A stretch of 64,000 bases of DNA, taken from contig CAZGAU010000005.1 of the NCBI GenBank assembly GCA_964523725.1, positions 609 through 64,608 on the forward strand, read 5' to 3'. Within the stretch, counting starts at the first letter, position 1. Each line of letters begins with the position of its first letter. The notes below the pieces were generated by a model. It had not been told where the DNA came from, searched no databases, and saw only the letters and a program-made list of their open reading frames with translations. Source of the DNA: an uncultured Saprospiraceae bacterium (lineage in GTDB: Bacteria; Bacteroidota; Bacteroidia; Chitinophagales; Saprospiraceae). Position numbers and translations under genes: made by a program. Shown here one piece after another: positions 20,662-31,369 of the stretch.

Positions 20662-20744
20662 AGTTGTTATTTTAAACGTAAACAAAATTGTACCTTTGCG
20701 GAGTTTTTGAGTAGAGTGATTTTCAGGAAAATTTTTGAAATTGA

Positions 20745-22652
20745 ATGGATAGAAATACAATCATAGGAATCGTCCTCATTTTCGTACTTTTTATAGTCTG
20801 GCAGCAGTTTTTTGTTGCCCCAGAGGCGAGGAAGCAAGCGGAAGAACAGCAGCGTATGCAAGATTCTATTGCGCTGGTTGAGCAGAGAAAGGATACCTCC
20901 TCCGCGCCGGAAGCAGTGGATACAATAGAACAAGCCGCAGCGAGTGCGCCCGAACCCGATTCGATTCGCCAGCTGCAAAACTCTGCTGTTTATGGACCTT
21001 TCGCGGGGGCAGCGAGCGGTGAAGAGCAATTATACACCCTCGAAAATGATGTTTTTACGGTCACTTTCTCCAATAAGGGAGGCCGGGTTGTAAAAGCCGA
21101 GTTAAAAAACTTCAATAAGATATCGGAAAACGAGAAGAAAAAAGAGATTGAAAGTCCGCTCTACCTGTTGGAAGATGATAAAAACAAATTCGAGTACTTG
21201 CTCCCGGTTGCAGGTATTGCGGGCGGTGTAGTCAGTACGGGGGACTTATATTTCACGGCGACTCAATCTGACAATTCCATTACGTTTCGGGCAGATGCCG
21301 GCAATGGTCGCTATTTTGAGCAAAAATATGCCGTTAGCCCGGGTACTTACAGAATGGACTACTCGCTCCGTTTTGAAGGTCTGAATAGTGTGTTTGATAA
21401 AGATGCAAATAAGATTCAGCTCAATTGGCTTAATTACCTCGATAAACTGGAAAAAAATACCCGCTACGAGCGCACTTATTCTACTGCTTATTACAAACCG
21501 GTGGACGATAATTATAATTATTGTTCTTATACTTCCAACGATACCGAGAATGTAAGTGGCATCAAAATAAAGTGGGTCTCTCATTCAAATCAGTTTTTCA
21601 ACAGCTCACTCGTGGCTAAAGAAAGCTTCGACGGTTCGATTTTACAAGTGGAACAACTGGATGAAGAAGCTGCGGATTTGAAAAAGCTGAGTACCCAGAT
21701 TAATATTCCTTACACCCAGTCTGGCACGGAAACTTTTGTAATGGATTTCTATGTCGGTCCGAACGAATTCAACCGCTTGCAGGCCATCGGCTATGACTTG
21801 GAAGATGTAATTCCATTTGGTTGGAGTATTTTTGGCACGATCAACCGTTGGGTCATTCGACCGATATTCAATTTCCTTTCAATGTTCATCGGCAGCAAAG
21901 GTCTTGTGATCCTGGCTTTGACGTTCATTGTAAAGCTATTATTGTATCCACTGACTTACCGGATGCTGTATTCCCAGTCGAAAATGGGTGCGCTCAAGCC
22001 ACAATTAGAAGGACTGCGTGCGAAGCACAAGGATGATCCGCAACAGCAACAGATGGAAACTATGAAGATTTACCGGGAATTTGGCGTAAGTCCGCTCGGT
22101 GGATGTATGCCAATGGTGTTGCAAATGCCGATCTGGTTCGCCTTGTATCGTTTCTTCCCGGCTGCGATTGAATTCCGCCAGGCGAGCTTTTTATGGGCGA
22201 CCGACTTATCTTCGTATGACGTGTTCTTCCGATTACCGTTTGAAATTCCCTTGGGCTTTGGTTCGCACATCAGCTTGTTTACCCTGCTTTGGGCGGTGAC
22301 CACCCTGATCTACACCTATTACAACTCCCGTCACATGGACTTTTCGGCGCAGCCTGCCATGAAATACATGCAGTATATTATGCCGGTCATGTTCCTGGGT
22401 TTCTTTAATAGTTTTGCTTCGGGTTTAACCTGTTATTTACTTTTTAGTAATATTTTTAATATTCTCCAAACGATTGTAACCAAAAATTACATCATAGATC
22501 AGGAGAAAATAAAGGAGGAACTGGAAGCTTATCGCAAGAAACCCAAGAAAAAAGGTGGATTCCAGGCCCGGTTAGAAACGGCATTGAAAGAACAACAGAA
22601 AATCCAGGCAGAACGCCAGCGCCAGCAGAACAAAAAAAGCAGTAAAAAGTGA
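20745..22652 (+). CDS. yidC: membrane protein insertase YidC
   Basis: Large periplasmic domain followed by the conserved 5-TM core (MxxLQPxxxxL-like, PMVLQMPIWFALY). Basic C-terminal tail. Confidence 0.9.
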   Translation: MDRNTIIGIVLIFVLFIVWQQFFVAPEARKQAEEQQRMQDSIALVEQRKDTSSAPEAVDTIEQAAASAPEPDSIRQLQNSAVYGPFAGAASGEEQLYTLENDVFTVTFSNKGGRVVKAELKNFNKISENEKKKEIESPLYLLEDDKNKFEYLLPVAGIAGGVVSTGDLYFTATQSDNSITFRADAGNGRYFEQKYAVSPGTYRMDYSLRFEGLNSVFDKDANKIQLNWLNYLDKLEKNTRYERTYSTAYYKPVDDNYNYCSYTSNDTENVSGIKIKWVSHSNQFFNSSLVAKESFDGSILQVEQLDEEAADLKKLSTQINIPYTQSGTETFVMDFYVGPNEFNRLQAIGYDLEDVIPFGWSIFGTINRWVIRPIFNFLSMFIGSKGLVILALTFIVKLLLYPLTYRMLYSQSKMGALKPQLEGLRAKHKDDPQQQQMETMKIYREFGVSPLGGCMPMVLQMPIWFALYRFFPAAIEFRQASFLWATDLSSYDVFFRLPFEIPLGFGSHISLFTLLWAVTTLIYTYYNSRHMDFSAQPAMKYMQYIMPVMFLGFFNSFASGLTCYLLFSNIFNILQTIVTKNYIIDQEKIKEELEAYRKKPKKKGGFQARLETALKEQQKIQAERQRQQNKKSSKK

Positions 22653-23215
22653 GATTCGAACGCCAGGTAATTTGGTTATCTCTGATTGCTTTGTTGTTTA
22701 TAGCCTGTAATCGCAGGATTGGTACTTCTGCTTATCCACAGCCTCCGGCTATTGTAGATGCCACGAAATTGGAGGAAGCAGACGCAGCTGTTCAGCAAGA
22801 ACAAATGATTCGGGATAGCCTGGCTCAGCCCTACCTCGTGATTATGCTGAAACGTACCGGTTGCTACGGAAATTGTCCGGTTTTTGAGGCGAAAGTTTTC
22901 TCTGATGGCCAAGTGACTTACGATGGTATCAGGCATGTGGAGCTGATAAGCTTGTTTGAATCCTCAGTGGATAGTACCTGGATACAGCGTGTTTTTGAAA
23001 GGGCAAAAGAGATCAATTATTTTGACCTTGACGAAGCTTATCCCTCGGGCGGAGAACCTATTCCGGACTTACCTACAACCATTACGTACCTTCGGCTTGG
23101 TGAAAAAGAAAAGACAATCCGTAATAATTTTGACCCGCCGAAAGCACTGGTTGATTTTGAGCAGTGGCTGGAACGAGAATTGAAAAAGCTGGATTGGAAG
23201 AAAAAAAGGGATTAA
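22649..23215 (+). CDS. lipoprotein, DUF6438-like
   Basis: Lipobox LLFIAC. The GCYGNCPVFE motif is as I recall it for DUF6438. GTG start overlapping the yidC stop. Confidence 0.55.
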   Translation: MRFERQVIWLSLIALLFIACNRRIGTSAYPQPPAIVDATKLEEADAAVQQEQMIRDSLAQPYLVIMLKRTGCYGNCPVFEAKVFSDGQVTYDGIRHVELISLFESSVDSTWIQRVFERAKEINYFDLDEAYPSGGEPIPDLPTTITYLRLGEKEKTIRNNFDPPKALVDFEQWLERELKKLDWKKKRD

Positions 23216-23254
23216 AAAAAGCGCCGAGAGAATAGAACTTTTCAGCGCTTTTTT
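23214..23254. terminator. bidirectional intrinsic terminator
   Basis: A7-GCGCCGAGAG...TTTTCAGCGC-T6 between convergent genes. Confidence 0.65.
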
Positions 23255-23275
23255 GTTGGAATGCTTCTTAAAATA

Positions 23276-25015
23276 TCAATTGATATAAAGTCGTTGAAAC
23301 GGCACAATAACTTCACTCTCACTCAGGTTATTTAACATGCGCAAGCGCTCTACGGAAATACCGTACATCCGGGCAATTCGGTAAAGCGTTTCACCATCTT
23401 TCACCGTATGTGTTGCTCTCTTAACAGAGCTGGCTGCTTCATATCCCTGCGGAACTGTTTGGTCATAAGTGTTTGTAGTAGAGCTTCCTGAAGTATTGGC
23501 AGCTCGTCTTGCCAGTTCCGGGCTGAGGCTTACGCCGCCTTTTGCCTGAATATCCGCATCCATATCCGAACGCATATAAAACTGTGGTGTGATGCGCTCT
23601 TCGTTGCCGAAATTATAGTTGTTTTGATTTTGGAGGGGAGTTTTGATCGTTAGATCAGAACCCTGAGGACCGAACGTATTACTGAATTCCGTAGGACGTG
23701 TCGAAGTTGCAGGCGTAATTACAGTTCCCGGAGGACAATCGGTTGTTTTGAGTGGTTGACCGATTCTTACGATCTCATCAGGTCCCAGTCCATTGACATC
23801 CCGGAAACGGGCTTCTGTAAAGCCATATTTTAATGCGATCGAAGCCACGGTTTCTCCCGGCAAAACGACATGATAGCCATTGGTTTTTTCCCAGGCTTTT
23901 TCCCAGGCAGCTACACTTTTGGGAGTCATGGTGTTGTCGTAAGGGGCGGGCACTGTAACCGCAGGGGTCTTGTCAATTCCTGCAATCGTTGTTGTGGCAG
24001 GGCTTTTTACAGTAGTATTGGTCGCCGCTACCTGTAGTTTATCACAAGGGTAAATCGTATTGGATTGTAATTTATTCCATTCTTTTACCTGAGAAACGGT
24101 TACATTGTAGGCTTTGGAGATCCGGTACAAGGTTTCCCCTTTTTGTACAAGGTGGTAACCTGGTCCTGCTATCTCGCCGCAAGGGGTATTGGCAGCGGTA
24201 GTTTTGGCTGTTACTGGTGTTTTGGGCGTTTGGTCGAGTTCCTTCGGGACTGTTTTTGCTGTTAAATCAGTAGTATTTGCTACCGGTCTTTCAACGCACA
24301 ACAAACGCAAGTATTCTTTTGGCGTATAATCATTTACCTTTTCGAGGCGCAGCACATTATTGAATGCATCGTTGGCATTGGCGCCGCTTCTGTCTTCGCT
24401 CAGACCGATTTCGGGAATAAATACAAAATCTGTGTGAGGCTTATCCTCTTTAGGTGCAATTCGTCTAAATAAAAAAGCGCCACTGCAATCGGTTTCCAGC
24501 TTGCCTTCAAAGAAAATCTCACTATTCCGGGTTTTGCCGACGGAAATATCCTCACCGATAACGCCCCGGTCTTTATTCAGCGCGAAGCTATAGCGGTCGG
24601 AAATGTAGGTCATCGTCTCACCGATGTACTGGAAATAAGCAGCCCGCTGGACTTTATTGATACCGTATTTATTATTGGGCAGGCGAAGCACCAGATGCAC
24701 CTGGTCGCGGTTGTTATTGATGTTTTCTACAAACTTTTCCCCGTAAAGGTTACTTCCACAGGAATAAACCTGCGTAGGCAAAAATTCCTGAGTCAGTTGA
24801 TCTTCTGTACCGATTTCCAGATAAATGAATTCTACCGGATTGATTTTAATACGATACGCAATATGCTGGCTCATAGCGCCATTGCTGGTCTTGGAATAGA
24901 CCAAACGATCCATGCAGCTATTGTCCTGTAGAATATAAATATTGGCTGCCTGAGCACTTTGAATGGAAAAAACAAAGAACAAACAAATCGTTAGAAGTTG
25001 AAATCTGGTATTCAT
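23276..25015 (-). CDS. secreted protein with three LysM peptidoglycan-binding domains
   Basis: Signal peptide, then three LysM repeats (HLVQKGETLYRISKAY..., HVVLPGETVASIALKY..., HTVKDGETLYRIARMY...). Confidence 0.85.
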   Translation of the reverse strand: MNTRFQLLTICLFFVFSIQSAQAANIYILQDNSCMDRLVYSKTSNGAMSQHIAYRIKINPVEFIYLEIGTEDQLTQEFLPTQVYSCGSNLYGEKFVENINNNRDQVHLVLRLPNNKYGINKVQRAAYFQYIGETMTYISDRYSFALNKDRGVIGEDISVGKTRNSEIFFEGKLETDCSGAFLFRRIAPKEDKPHTDFVFIPEIGLSEDRSGANANDAFNNVLRLEKVNDYTPKEYLRLLCVERPVANTTDLTAKTVPKELDQTPKTPVTAKTTAANTPCGEIAGPGYHLVQKGETLYRISKAYNVTVSQVKEWNKLQSNTIYPCDKLQVAATNTTVKSPATTTIAGIDKTPAVTVPAPYDNTMTPKSVAAWEKAWEKTNGYHVVLPGETVASIALKYGFTEARFRDVNGLGPDEIVRIGQPLKTTDCPPGTVITPATSTRPTEFSNTFGPQGSDLTIKTPLQNQNNYNFGNEERITPQFYMRSDMDADIQAKGGVSLSPELARRAANTSGSSTTNTYDQTVPQGYEAASSVKRATHTVKDGETLYRIARMYGISVERLRMLNNLSESEVIVPFQRLYIN

Positions 25016-25258
25016 ACCGCTTGTTTTATAACAGATGCAGTATCTGCGGGTGTAATGATTAATAAATCAATAACTTATACAAAGTTTCAAATAAAAAGTG
25101 AATAAAACAATACGTTTAACGGATTATTAATCAAAAAGATTGCGATTTGCGCAAAAAAGTGAAAAAAATTGAAATTTTACAGATAACTACGCACAAATGA
25201 AAGCAATCTACTACCTGCAATTGGGGAATCAACTAATTTGACGGAAGACTAAATGGTG

Positions 25259-25903
25259 CTAAGATCGCTCTACAATACCGGTATTAACTGCATATAAAAC
25301 CAATTCCGAGGAGGTATTCAGATTTAATTTTTTCATAATCTTTTTCCGGTGGGTATATACCGTGTGCGGACTGAGATTTAATTCATCTGCTATCTCCTTG
25401 GCAATCAAGCCTTTGGATATTAGCTTAACGATCTCTATTTCACGAGGCGTAAGTGGAGTAGGGGCGCAGTCTTCGCCTTTAGCGAAAGATTTTTCGAGTA
25501 AATAGTCCAGAACTTTTGTACAAAAGAATTTTTGTCCTCTTGCGGTTGCGTTGATAGCATCTATGATTTCTTCTTCACCGCAGGTTTTGGTAAGGAAGCT
25601 ACTGACACCATGCTCAAGCACGTCGTAAATAGAATTTTTATTATTGTCTTCGCTGATCACCAGAATCCTGGACTTAGGCGAAATATGTTTAATTTGATCC
25701 AGCGTCTTGTGGCTGAAATGCTCCGGATGATTGTAATCAAGAATTACTACCTGCGGCTCGTGGAGCTTCAATTCTTCCAATAACTCTTCTTCATCGCCGG
25801 CTTCTCCCAATACCTCGAATGTGGCAATACCTTCGAGTAGGCGCCTGAGTCCTAGTCGGGTAAGGTATTGAGCATCAGCCAAAACGATGGATATTTGTTG
25901 CAT
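25259..25903 (-). CDS. response regulator, NarL/LuxR-type HTH output
   Basis: Receiver domain (VVILDYN, ILVISED, K in FLTK) plus a LuxR HTH (LTPREIEIVKLISKGLIAKEIADELNLSPHTVYTHRKKIMKKL). Confidence 0.85.
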   Translation of the reverse strand: MQQISIVLADAQYLTRLGLRRLLEGIATFEVLGEAGDEEELLEELKLHEPQVVILDYNHPEHFSHKTLDQIKHISPKSRILVISEDNNKNSIYDVLEHGVSSFLTKTCGEEEIIDAINATARGQKFFCTKVLDYLLEKSFAKGEDCAPTPLTPREIEIVKLISKGLIAKEIADELNLSPHTVYTHRKKIMKKLNLNTSSELVLYAVNTGIVERS

Positions 25904-25986
25904 TGTATATTGATAATTCCTGCACGAAATTAGGAAGCAATCGTCGGTTAAACAAATTTATTTAGACTTAGTTTAGATTAATCAAA

Positions 25987-26598
25987 TTAAAGCGATCGTT
26001 TCCGTAATTCAATAAACAACTCCCTGCCAGCTCTCGGTTGAATGGAGTCCTGGCTGATTTCCATCTGTAATATATGAAAATAAGGCGAGAAAATACGCTG
26101 ATAAGCTTCTTTTGTACCACCGAAGGGCGGTCCCTGGTGTTCGAAAGGGTGAGTAAACAACAAACCGACTAATTTACCTTGCGGGTATAAAAGTTCGGCA
26201 GTCTTCCTGGCATATTCAGACCGCTGAGAAGGATCAATGGCACTGAAAAAGGTCTGTTCCAAGATCAGATCTACTTCCAAATCCAGCTTGAAAAAATCAT
26301 TTACCAGTAAATGAGCCTCGGGAAATTCTGGCGCTTGTTGGCGAAGATTATCAAATGCAGCAGGTGCCCAATCGCAAACATAAACATTGGAAAACCCCTG
26401 CTGGTGGGCATAAATGGCCTCATAAGCGCTGCCTGCACCCGGGATAAGAATGCGCAGCGTTTTATCGGATAATTTGTCCAGGTACTTCTTCAATGGAGGC
26501 GATACATCGCCAATGTCCCAGGGAGTATTGTGTTGTTGGTAACGCTCATTCCAGTAACCGGGTGTTAAGTGTGGTTCGAACATAGCCCTACTTTCCAA
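25987..26598 (-). CDS. SAM-dependent methyltransferase, TPMT-like
   Basis: YWNERY...TPWDIG N-terminus and ILIPGAGSAYE motif I, as in thiopurine/halide methyltransferases. Confidence 0.7.
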   Translation of the reverse strand: MESRAMFEPHLTPGYWNERYQQHNTPWDIGDVSPPLKKYLDKLSDKTLRILIPGAGSAYEAIYAHQQGFSNVYVCDWAPAAFDNLRQQAPEFPEAHLLVNDFFKLDLEVDLILEQTFFSAIDPSQRSEYARKTAELLYPQGKLVGLLFTHPFEHQGPPFGGTKEAYQRIFSPYFHILQMEISQDSIQPRAGRELFIELRKRSL

Positions 26599-27814
26599 AT
26601 GCAGATGCAGAAGTAAACTCGGGGTTCAGCTCTTCATTTCCGGGGCTTCCTGGTACCTGGCGGAATTGCACTTTTATCTTGTAGCGTTTGTTCAATCCAT
26701 TAACCACCGGAATAAACATGGTATTCATCAGTTCTACCGCCTGAGCTTTGGCTTTGTCCAGCACCTGGTCATTTTGTATGGCATCCCGTCGGAATTCTGC
26801 GCGCAAGACATTAAAACTCCGGTTCAAGTCGACATTTTTCACCTCGCGCAACCAGCCAATGTCCAGCTTATCGATTTTGGGATAAACCTCATGCGACAAA
26901 ACAGTCGGCTCTGGCAGGGTAATGGTGACTACTCCGGCTTTCGAATTTAAATTGATATCAAAGTATTCGTTTAGTTTGAAACCGGCTTTTAAAATGCTGA
27001 TTGCAGTCACCTCAAAATCGGTTTCGGAAACCGAGAATCCCCATATTTTGGTTTGTAACTGACGGCTGATCCCTTTTTTATCCCTGATTTCTATCGTGGC
27101 GAGTTCTGCGACTACTCGTTCCACTTTTTCCTGCATCAAGCCCTTGGATTTGCTAAAATCCTCAATTGCTGCACGGTCTTCCATACGCTTCATCAAAGGC
27201 TCCAACGCTTCTGCCATCGCTACGCCGCAAGGGGTATCCACGCTTTTACCACGGGCGTAGATACTGCCATTCGTGGTTTCAATCAGGGAAGTAATTACAT
27301 GATTAACCAGAAAGCAGGTATATTTAGAAGCTACTTCCCGCAGAATGCTTACCGCGTTGGTTGATTCATTATCGTACCAGGTTTGGTAAAGATTGGAAGT
27401 CGTGTCCTTGATCGTAATAAAATCGTTGTAATATAAGTCTTTTAGGTAAGGATGATGCTTTTCGTACTCGTCCTTAATTTTGGATTTCACCGCATCGCTG
27501 AGCCCCATCCGGTTTGCTGTGTGGTTCAGGATGGAAATATTTACATCATAAATGAGTTGGTTGAACTCGCGGCGATTGCGCTGAGGGTTGGAAAGTGTCA
27601 CCAGGGCATCTTCCTCATCAATATTAATCGCAAATTCAGCAGGCTTGTAATTGATTTGCAATTCTTTGGGAATAACTGTATAGTCGCTGAGGTTATTTTT
27701 ATAAAATCGATAGAATAAAGCTGCTACCAATACCACAAACAATAAAGCCACGACCAGTCTGCCCAAACTCATTCGATTGTCAGTGGGTGGTGGACTTTGG
27801 TCTCGTCTTGCCAT
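26588..27814 (-). CDS. membrane-anchored hypothetical protein (DUF4230-like C-terminus)
   Basis: Single N-terminal TM helix. Overlaps the downstream methyltransferase gene by 11 nt. Confidence 0.5.
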   Translation of the reverse strand: MARRDQSPPPTDNRMSLGRLVVALLFVVLVAALFYRFYKNNLSDYTVIPKELQINYKPAEFAINIDEEDALVTLSNPQRNRREFNQLIYDVNISILNHTANRMGLSDAVKSKIKDEYEKHHPYLKDLYYNDFITIKDTTSNLYQTWYDNESTNAVSILREVASKYTCFLVNHVITSLIETTNGSIYARGKSVDTPCGVAMAEALEPLMKRMEDRAAIEDFSKSKGLMQEKVERVVAELATIEIRDKKGISRQLQTKIWGFSVSETDFEVTAISILKAGFKLNEYFDINLNSKAGVVTITLPEPTVLSHEVYPKIDKLDIGWLREVKNVDLNRSFNVLRAEFRRDAIQNDQVLDKAKAQAVELMNTMFIPVVNGLNKRYKIKVQFRQVPGSPGNEELNPEFTSASAFGK

Positions 27815-28014
27815 TTTCTAATTTATTTCTTTTAATTGCATTGTTATGACGTCCATTTTTCTTGAAAGTCACACTTCATTATGAGTACGCATCAGATGAA
27901 CAAAAGTTTGTTTTTTGCGCTCAAATCATGCAATTATCCTTTTTGTAATCAGAATGTGAAAATATTAGCTTTTATTTAATTTTTATAACTTTGAACCCTA
28001 ATAAATTTTAAAAA

Positions 28015-28872
28015 ATGTTCCATCCTCAAAGGACGCTGAACTGCAACGGAAAACTACTTGATTTAGAGCAACCTGTGGTCATGGGCATCCTCAATGTGAC
28101 GCCGGATTCTTTTTTCGATGGTGGGCACTATGTTGGCGAAAGTGCTGTGTTACAGCAAGTTGAGAGCATGTTGGCAGCAGGAGCCTCAATCATTGATATC
28201 GGTGGCATGTCATCCCGGCCGGGCGCCAAGATCATCAGTGATGAGGAGGAATTATCCCGGGTAATTCCTGTTATTGAATTGATTATCAAAAAGTTTTCCG
28301 ACATCATTATTTCTATTGATACCGTAAAGTCTGTGGTGGCCCGGCGCAGCACGGAGGCAGGTGTGAGCATTGTGAATGACATATCTGCCGGACGGCTGGA
28401 CAAGAACTTATATGAAACCGTAGCTGATCTTGGCGTGCCCTACGTGCTGATGCATATGCAGGGCACTCCGGGTGATATGCAGAAAAACCCTGTTTATGAG
28501 GATGTTACGCAAGAAGTGCTGGACTTTTTTATCCGGGAGGTGGGCAAACTACGTACACTCGGTATCAAAGATATCATCCTGGATGTGGGGTTTGGTTTTG
28601 GCAAAACCGTAGAACATAACTTTCAACTCTTGCGTAATCTCCACGTTTTTCAGATATTGGATCTGCCAATTTTAACGGGGCTTTCACGCAAATCTATGGT
28701 TTGCCGCACCCTGGACGTAACACCTACAGATGCATTGAACGGTACAACAGCTTTACATATGGTGGCTTTGCAACAAGGTTCACGTATCTTGCGGGCACAT
28801 GATGTCCGGGAAGCAATAGAAGTAATCAAACTTTGGCAACAATTGGAACAAGTGAATGATGAAAAAGGATAA
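28015..28872 (+). CDS. folP: dihydropteroate synthase
   Basis: GILNVTPDSFFDGG, DIGGMSSRPG and GFGFGK motifs. Confidence 0.92.
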   Translation: MFHPQRTLNCNGKLLDLEQPVVMGILNVTPDSFFDGGHYVGESAVLQQVESMLAAGASIIDIGGMSSRPGAKIISDEEELSRVIPVIELIIKKFSDIIISIDTVKSVVARRSTEAGVSIVNDISAGRLDKNLYETVADLGVPYVLMHMQGTPGDMQKNPVYEDVTQEVLDFFIREVGKLRTLGIKDIILDVGFGFGKTVEHNFQLLRNLHVFQILDLPILTGLSRKSMVCRTLDVTPTDALNGTTALHMVALQQGSRILRAHDVREAIEVIKLWQQLEQVNDEKG

Positions 28873-28911
28873 TTGCCTCATCGACCAATTACCCCACGAC
28901 CCAATTAAAAA

Positions 28912-30321
28912 ATGACGGAGAAAGAAGTCAATAAGGCTGCTCTGAGCGCACTTCGCTCTTATTATCGCTTCCGGATCAAATCGGGTTCGCCAGAAGTAAT
29001 CTCCGATATTCGCGGCGCCGGTGGCATTATTGCCGATGGATCGTATGCTTTTCAGACCCCGGAAGGAGACCGGTTTCTGGCGACGGTGGAAGCCACTTCC
29101 CATGAGACACGTGATGAGGTTTATTTTAAACTTCAGCGGTGGTTGCTCATTTGGGACAGCAGTGTTTTTGCCAGTATTATGATGCTTGTGATCTTTGGCT
29201 GGGCTTATTTATCCGGTTGGTATTGGTTGCTGGAGTATGGCTGGATCAAAACCATATTTTTACTGCTGGTGATTGCTTTGATTCTGGGGATTATCTACTT
29301 CCGTATTTTCGAACATTTCAGGCGCTATCGCTACATTTATGCAGTGGAGCAATTTAAACGCTATCATGCTGATGAACAATGGATTGCGATTGCTGATAAT
29401 GTATTTGAACAAAATAACGATCGTTATTACGCAGAACTTAGAAATCAATGTATTTATAATGGTTTCGGATTGATCGTAGTCGATCAGACGCTTCGCCCGC
29501 ACCTGGCAATTACACCTGCACGAAGGGAAATTTTTGGCGGCACCAGACAAATTGTACAGTTCTTTTCTAAAAGTCAGATCACTCGTCTTATCCAGCGCGG
29601 AGGCAATATCCAGGAGTGGTGGAAAAAATTTAGTAAAGGGATACCCTTGCAATGGAAAACTTCTGACCCCGAATACTTTCTGCGGTTTCGGCGCTCGGTT
29701 TGGAATCAAATCATTCTTTGCAGTATTTCCTGGTTGATGATCGGGGGGATAGTTTATGACGAATGGCAGGACCGGCCGTTGCGATACGTCGGGCAGGAAG
29801 TTTATGAATCGGAGGTTGTTACCCGGCAGGTGCAGAGTGAACCCGAACCCAGACGTCCGATCATTCCGATTGGAGATTCGCTTTATATAGAACCATTTGA
29901 TAACAAGGTAATTCCATACTTATTACTTTTGCAAATAGAAAAGGTAAGCCCGTCAATTGTAGCACTTGATCTCAAAGACAATGAGGTTTTGATCGGAATG
30001 TTTGAAAATGTGTTAATTGAATATGATTGTGAAAGATTATATAATTTTAAAAAGCCCAAATACATTCTCCAGGAAGGTATTTATCCGGATTTTGAATCGC
30101 TGATGGCACGTATGAATCAATTGATGGCGGCAGGGATGGAGGTTAATAGCCTCTGGTTGGGGTGTTTCACTGAAAATGATCAGCGTTATATTCTTTATTT
30201 TGGTTTAATGCTAGATCAAATGCAACAGTCTCAAAACGCATTGGAAAAATACAGCAATCAACTGAAAGACAATCAAATAAACGCAACTATTTCCATTAAA
30301 ACTTTAATGCCAAAACGCTAA
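28912..30321 (+). CDS. hypothetical membrane protein, possibly SPOR-like C-terminus
   Basis: Central TM helices. The last ~80 aa (YILQEGIY...RYILYFGLM...) weakly resemble a SPOR domain. Confidence 0.45.
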   Translation: MTEKEVNKAALSALRSYYRFRIKSGSPEVISDIRGAGGIIADGSYAFQTPEGDRFLATVEATSHETRDEVYFKLQRWLLIWDSSVFASIMMLVIFGWAYLSGWYWLLEYGWIKTIFLLLVIALILGIIYFRIFEHFRRYRYIYAVEQFKRYHADEQWIAIADNVFEQNNDRYYAELRNQCIYNGFGLIVVDQTLRPHLAITPARREIFGGTRQIVQFFSKSQITRLIQRGGNIQEWWKKFSKGIPLQWKTSDPEYFLRFRRSVWNQIILCSISWLMIGGIVYDEWQDRPLRYVGQEVYESEVVTRQVQSEPEPRRPIIPIGDSLYIEPFDNKVIPYLLLLQIEKVSPSIVALDLKDNEVLIGMFENVLIEYDCERLYNFKKPKYILQEGIYPDFESLMARMNQLMAAGMEVNSLWLGCFTENDQRYILYFGLMLDQMQQSQNALEKYSNQLKDNQINATISIKTLMPKR

Positions 30322-30330
30322 TTCGAAAAC

Positions 30331-31293
30331 ATGCCATTGCTTCAAAGATCGACTTACCGACCGCCCGTATTTCTGCGGAACGGTCATCTTAATACCATAT
30401 TTGCAGGTGCGTTTCGCAAAATCAATGATGTGAGTTATGAGCGCGAGCGCCTCGATACGCCCGATGGGGACTTTCTGGATCTGGACTGGTCGAGGGTTGG
30501 TAGTGAAAAATTGGTAATCGTATTGCACGGACTGGAAGGCAGCGCTGATCGCCCTTACACAAGGGGCATGATTAGGCATTTTAATCAGCATGGTTGGGAT
30601 GGCCTGGGTATGAATTTCCGGGGCTGCAGCGGAGAGCCTAACCGCTTGTTGCGTACCTACCATGTAGGCGAAACGGGCGATCTGGACTTTGTGATTCAAC
30701 ACGTTTTGTCGCTTGACTGTTATCGTGAGGTAGTGCTGGTCGGCTTTAGCCTTGGTGGTAATGTGACTTTAAAATTTACAGGTGAACAGGGGCAGAATAT
30801 ACCCAAAATAGTGAAAAAAGCAATCGCGCTCTCGGTGCCCTGCCACGTGCCTTCTGCGAATAAGGTGTTTAAAAACTGGGAAAACAAGCTGTATATGCAT
30901 CGTTTTATGCAATCCCTGAACCAAAAAATGAAGATAAAAGCAGCACAGTTTCCCGACAAAATTCAGTTAAATGGCAAACTACCGAAAAATTTCGACACCT
31001 TCGATGAGGTATTCACTGCACCGGTGCATGGCTTTGAAAATGCGTTGGATTACTGGACGCGTAACAGCAGCCTTTCATTTTTTGACAATATCGCCATACC
31101 GGCGCTTTTGATCAATGCTGCCGATGATTCATTCCTGAGCCCCGAATGTTATCCTGAGCACTTGGCCAGAAAGCATCCGTATTTTTACCTTGAAATTCCG
31201 GACTGGGGTGGGCATTGCGGCTTTGTGACCCTAGGTAAAAATGGTTTGTATTGGTCGGATGAGCGGGCGCTCGCCTTTGCCGAAGCCGATTAA
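30331..31293 (+). CDS. alpha/beta hydrolase (YheT-like)
   Basis: HGLEGS, GFSLGGN nucleophile elbow, C-terminal GGHCGF. Confidence 0.8.
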   Translation: MPLLQRSTYRPPVFLRNGHLNTIFAGAFRKINDVSYERERLDTPDGDFLDLDWSRVGSEKLVIVLHGLEGSADRPYTRGMIRHFNQHGWDGLGMNFRGCSGEPNRLLRTYHVGETGDLDFVIQHVLSLDCYREVVLVGFSLGGNVTLKFTGEQGQNIPKIVKKAIALSVPCHVPSANKVFKNWENKLYMHRFMQSLNQKMKIKAAQFPDKIQLNGKLPKNFDTFDEVFTAPVHGFENALDYWTRNSSLSFFDNIAIPALLINAADDSFLSPECYPEHLARKHPYFYLEIPDWGGHCGFVTLGKNGLYWSDERALAFAEAD

Positions 31294-31333
31294 TAGAAAT
31301 AACTTGTCTTTAGAAAAGCAGCTTTAATAGTTT

Positions 31334-31369
31334 AAAACCGGCCTTAAGTCTATTGAGGGCAGGTTTTTT
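31334..31369 (+). terminator. intrinsic terminator after the hydrolase gene
   Basis: AACCGGCC...GGCAGGTT stem (7 of 8 bp) followed by T6. Confidence 0.55.

Noticed and set aside
22630-22665. tRNA T-loop-like string (reverse complement GTTCGAATC) at the yidC stop.
   Set aside because: No complementary T-stem, acceptor stem or anticodon arm around it, and it lies within coding sequence.
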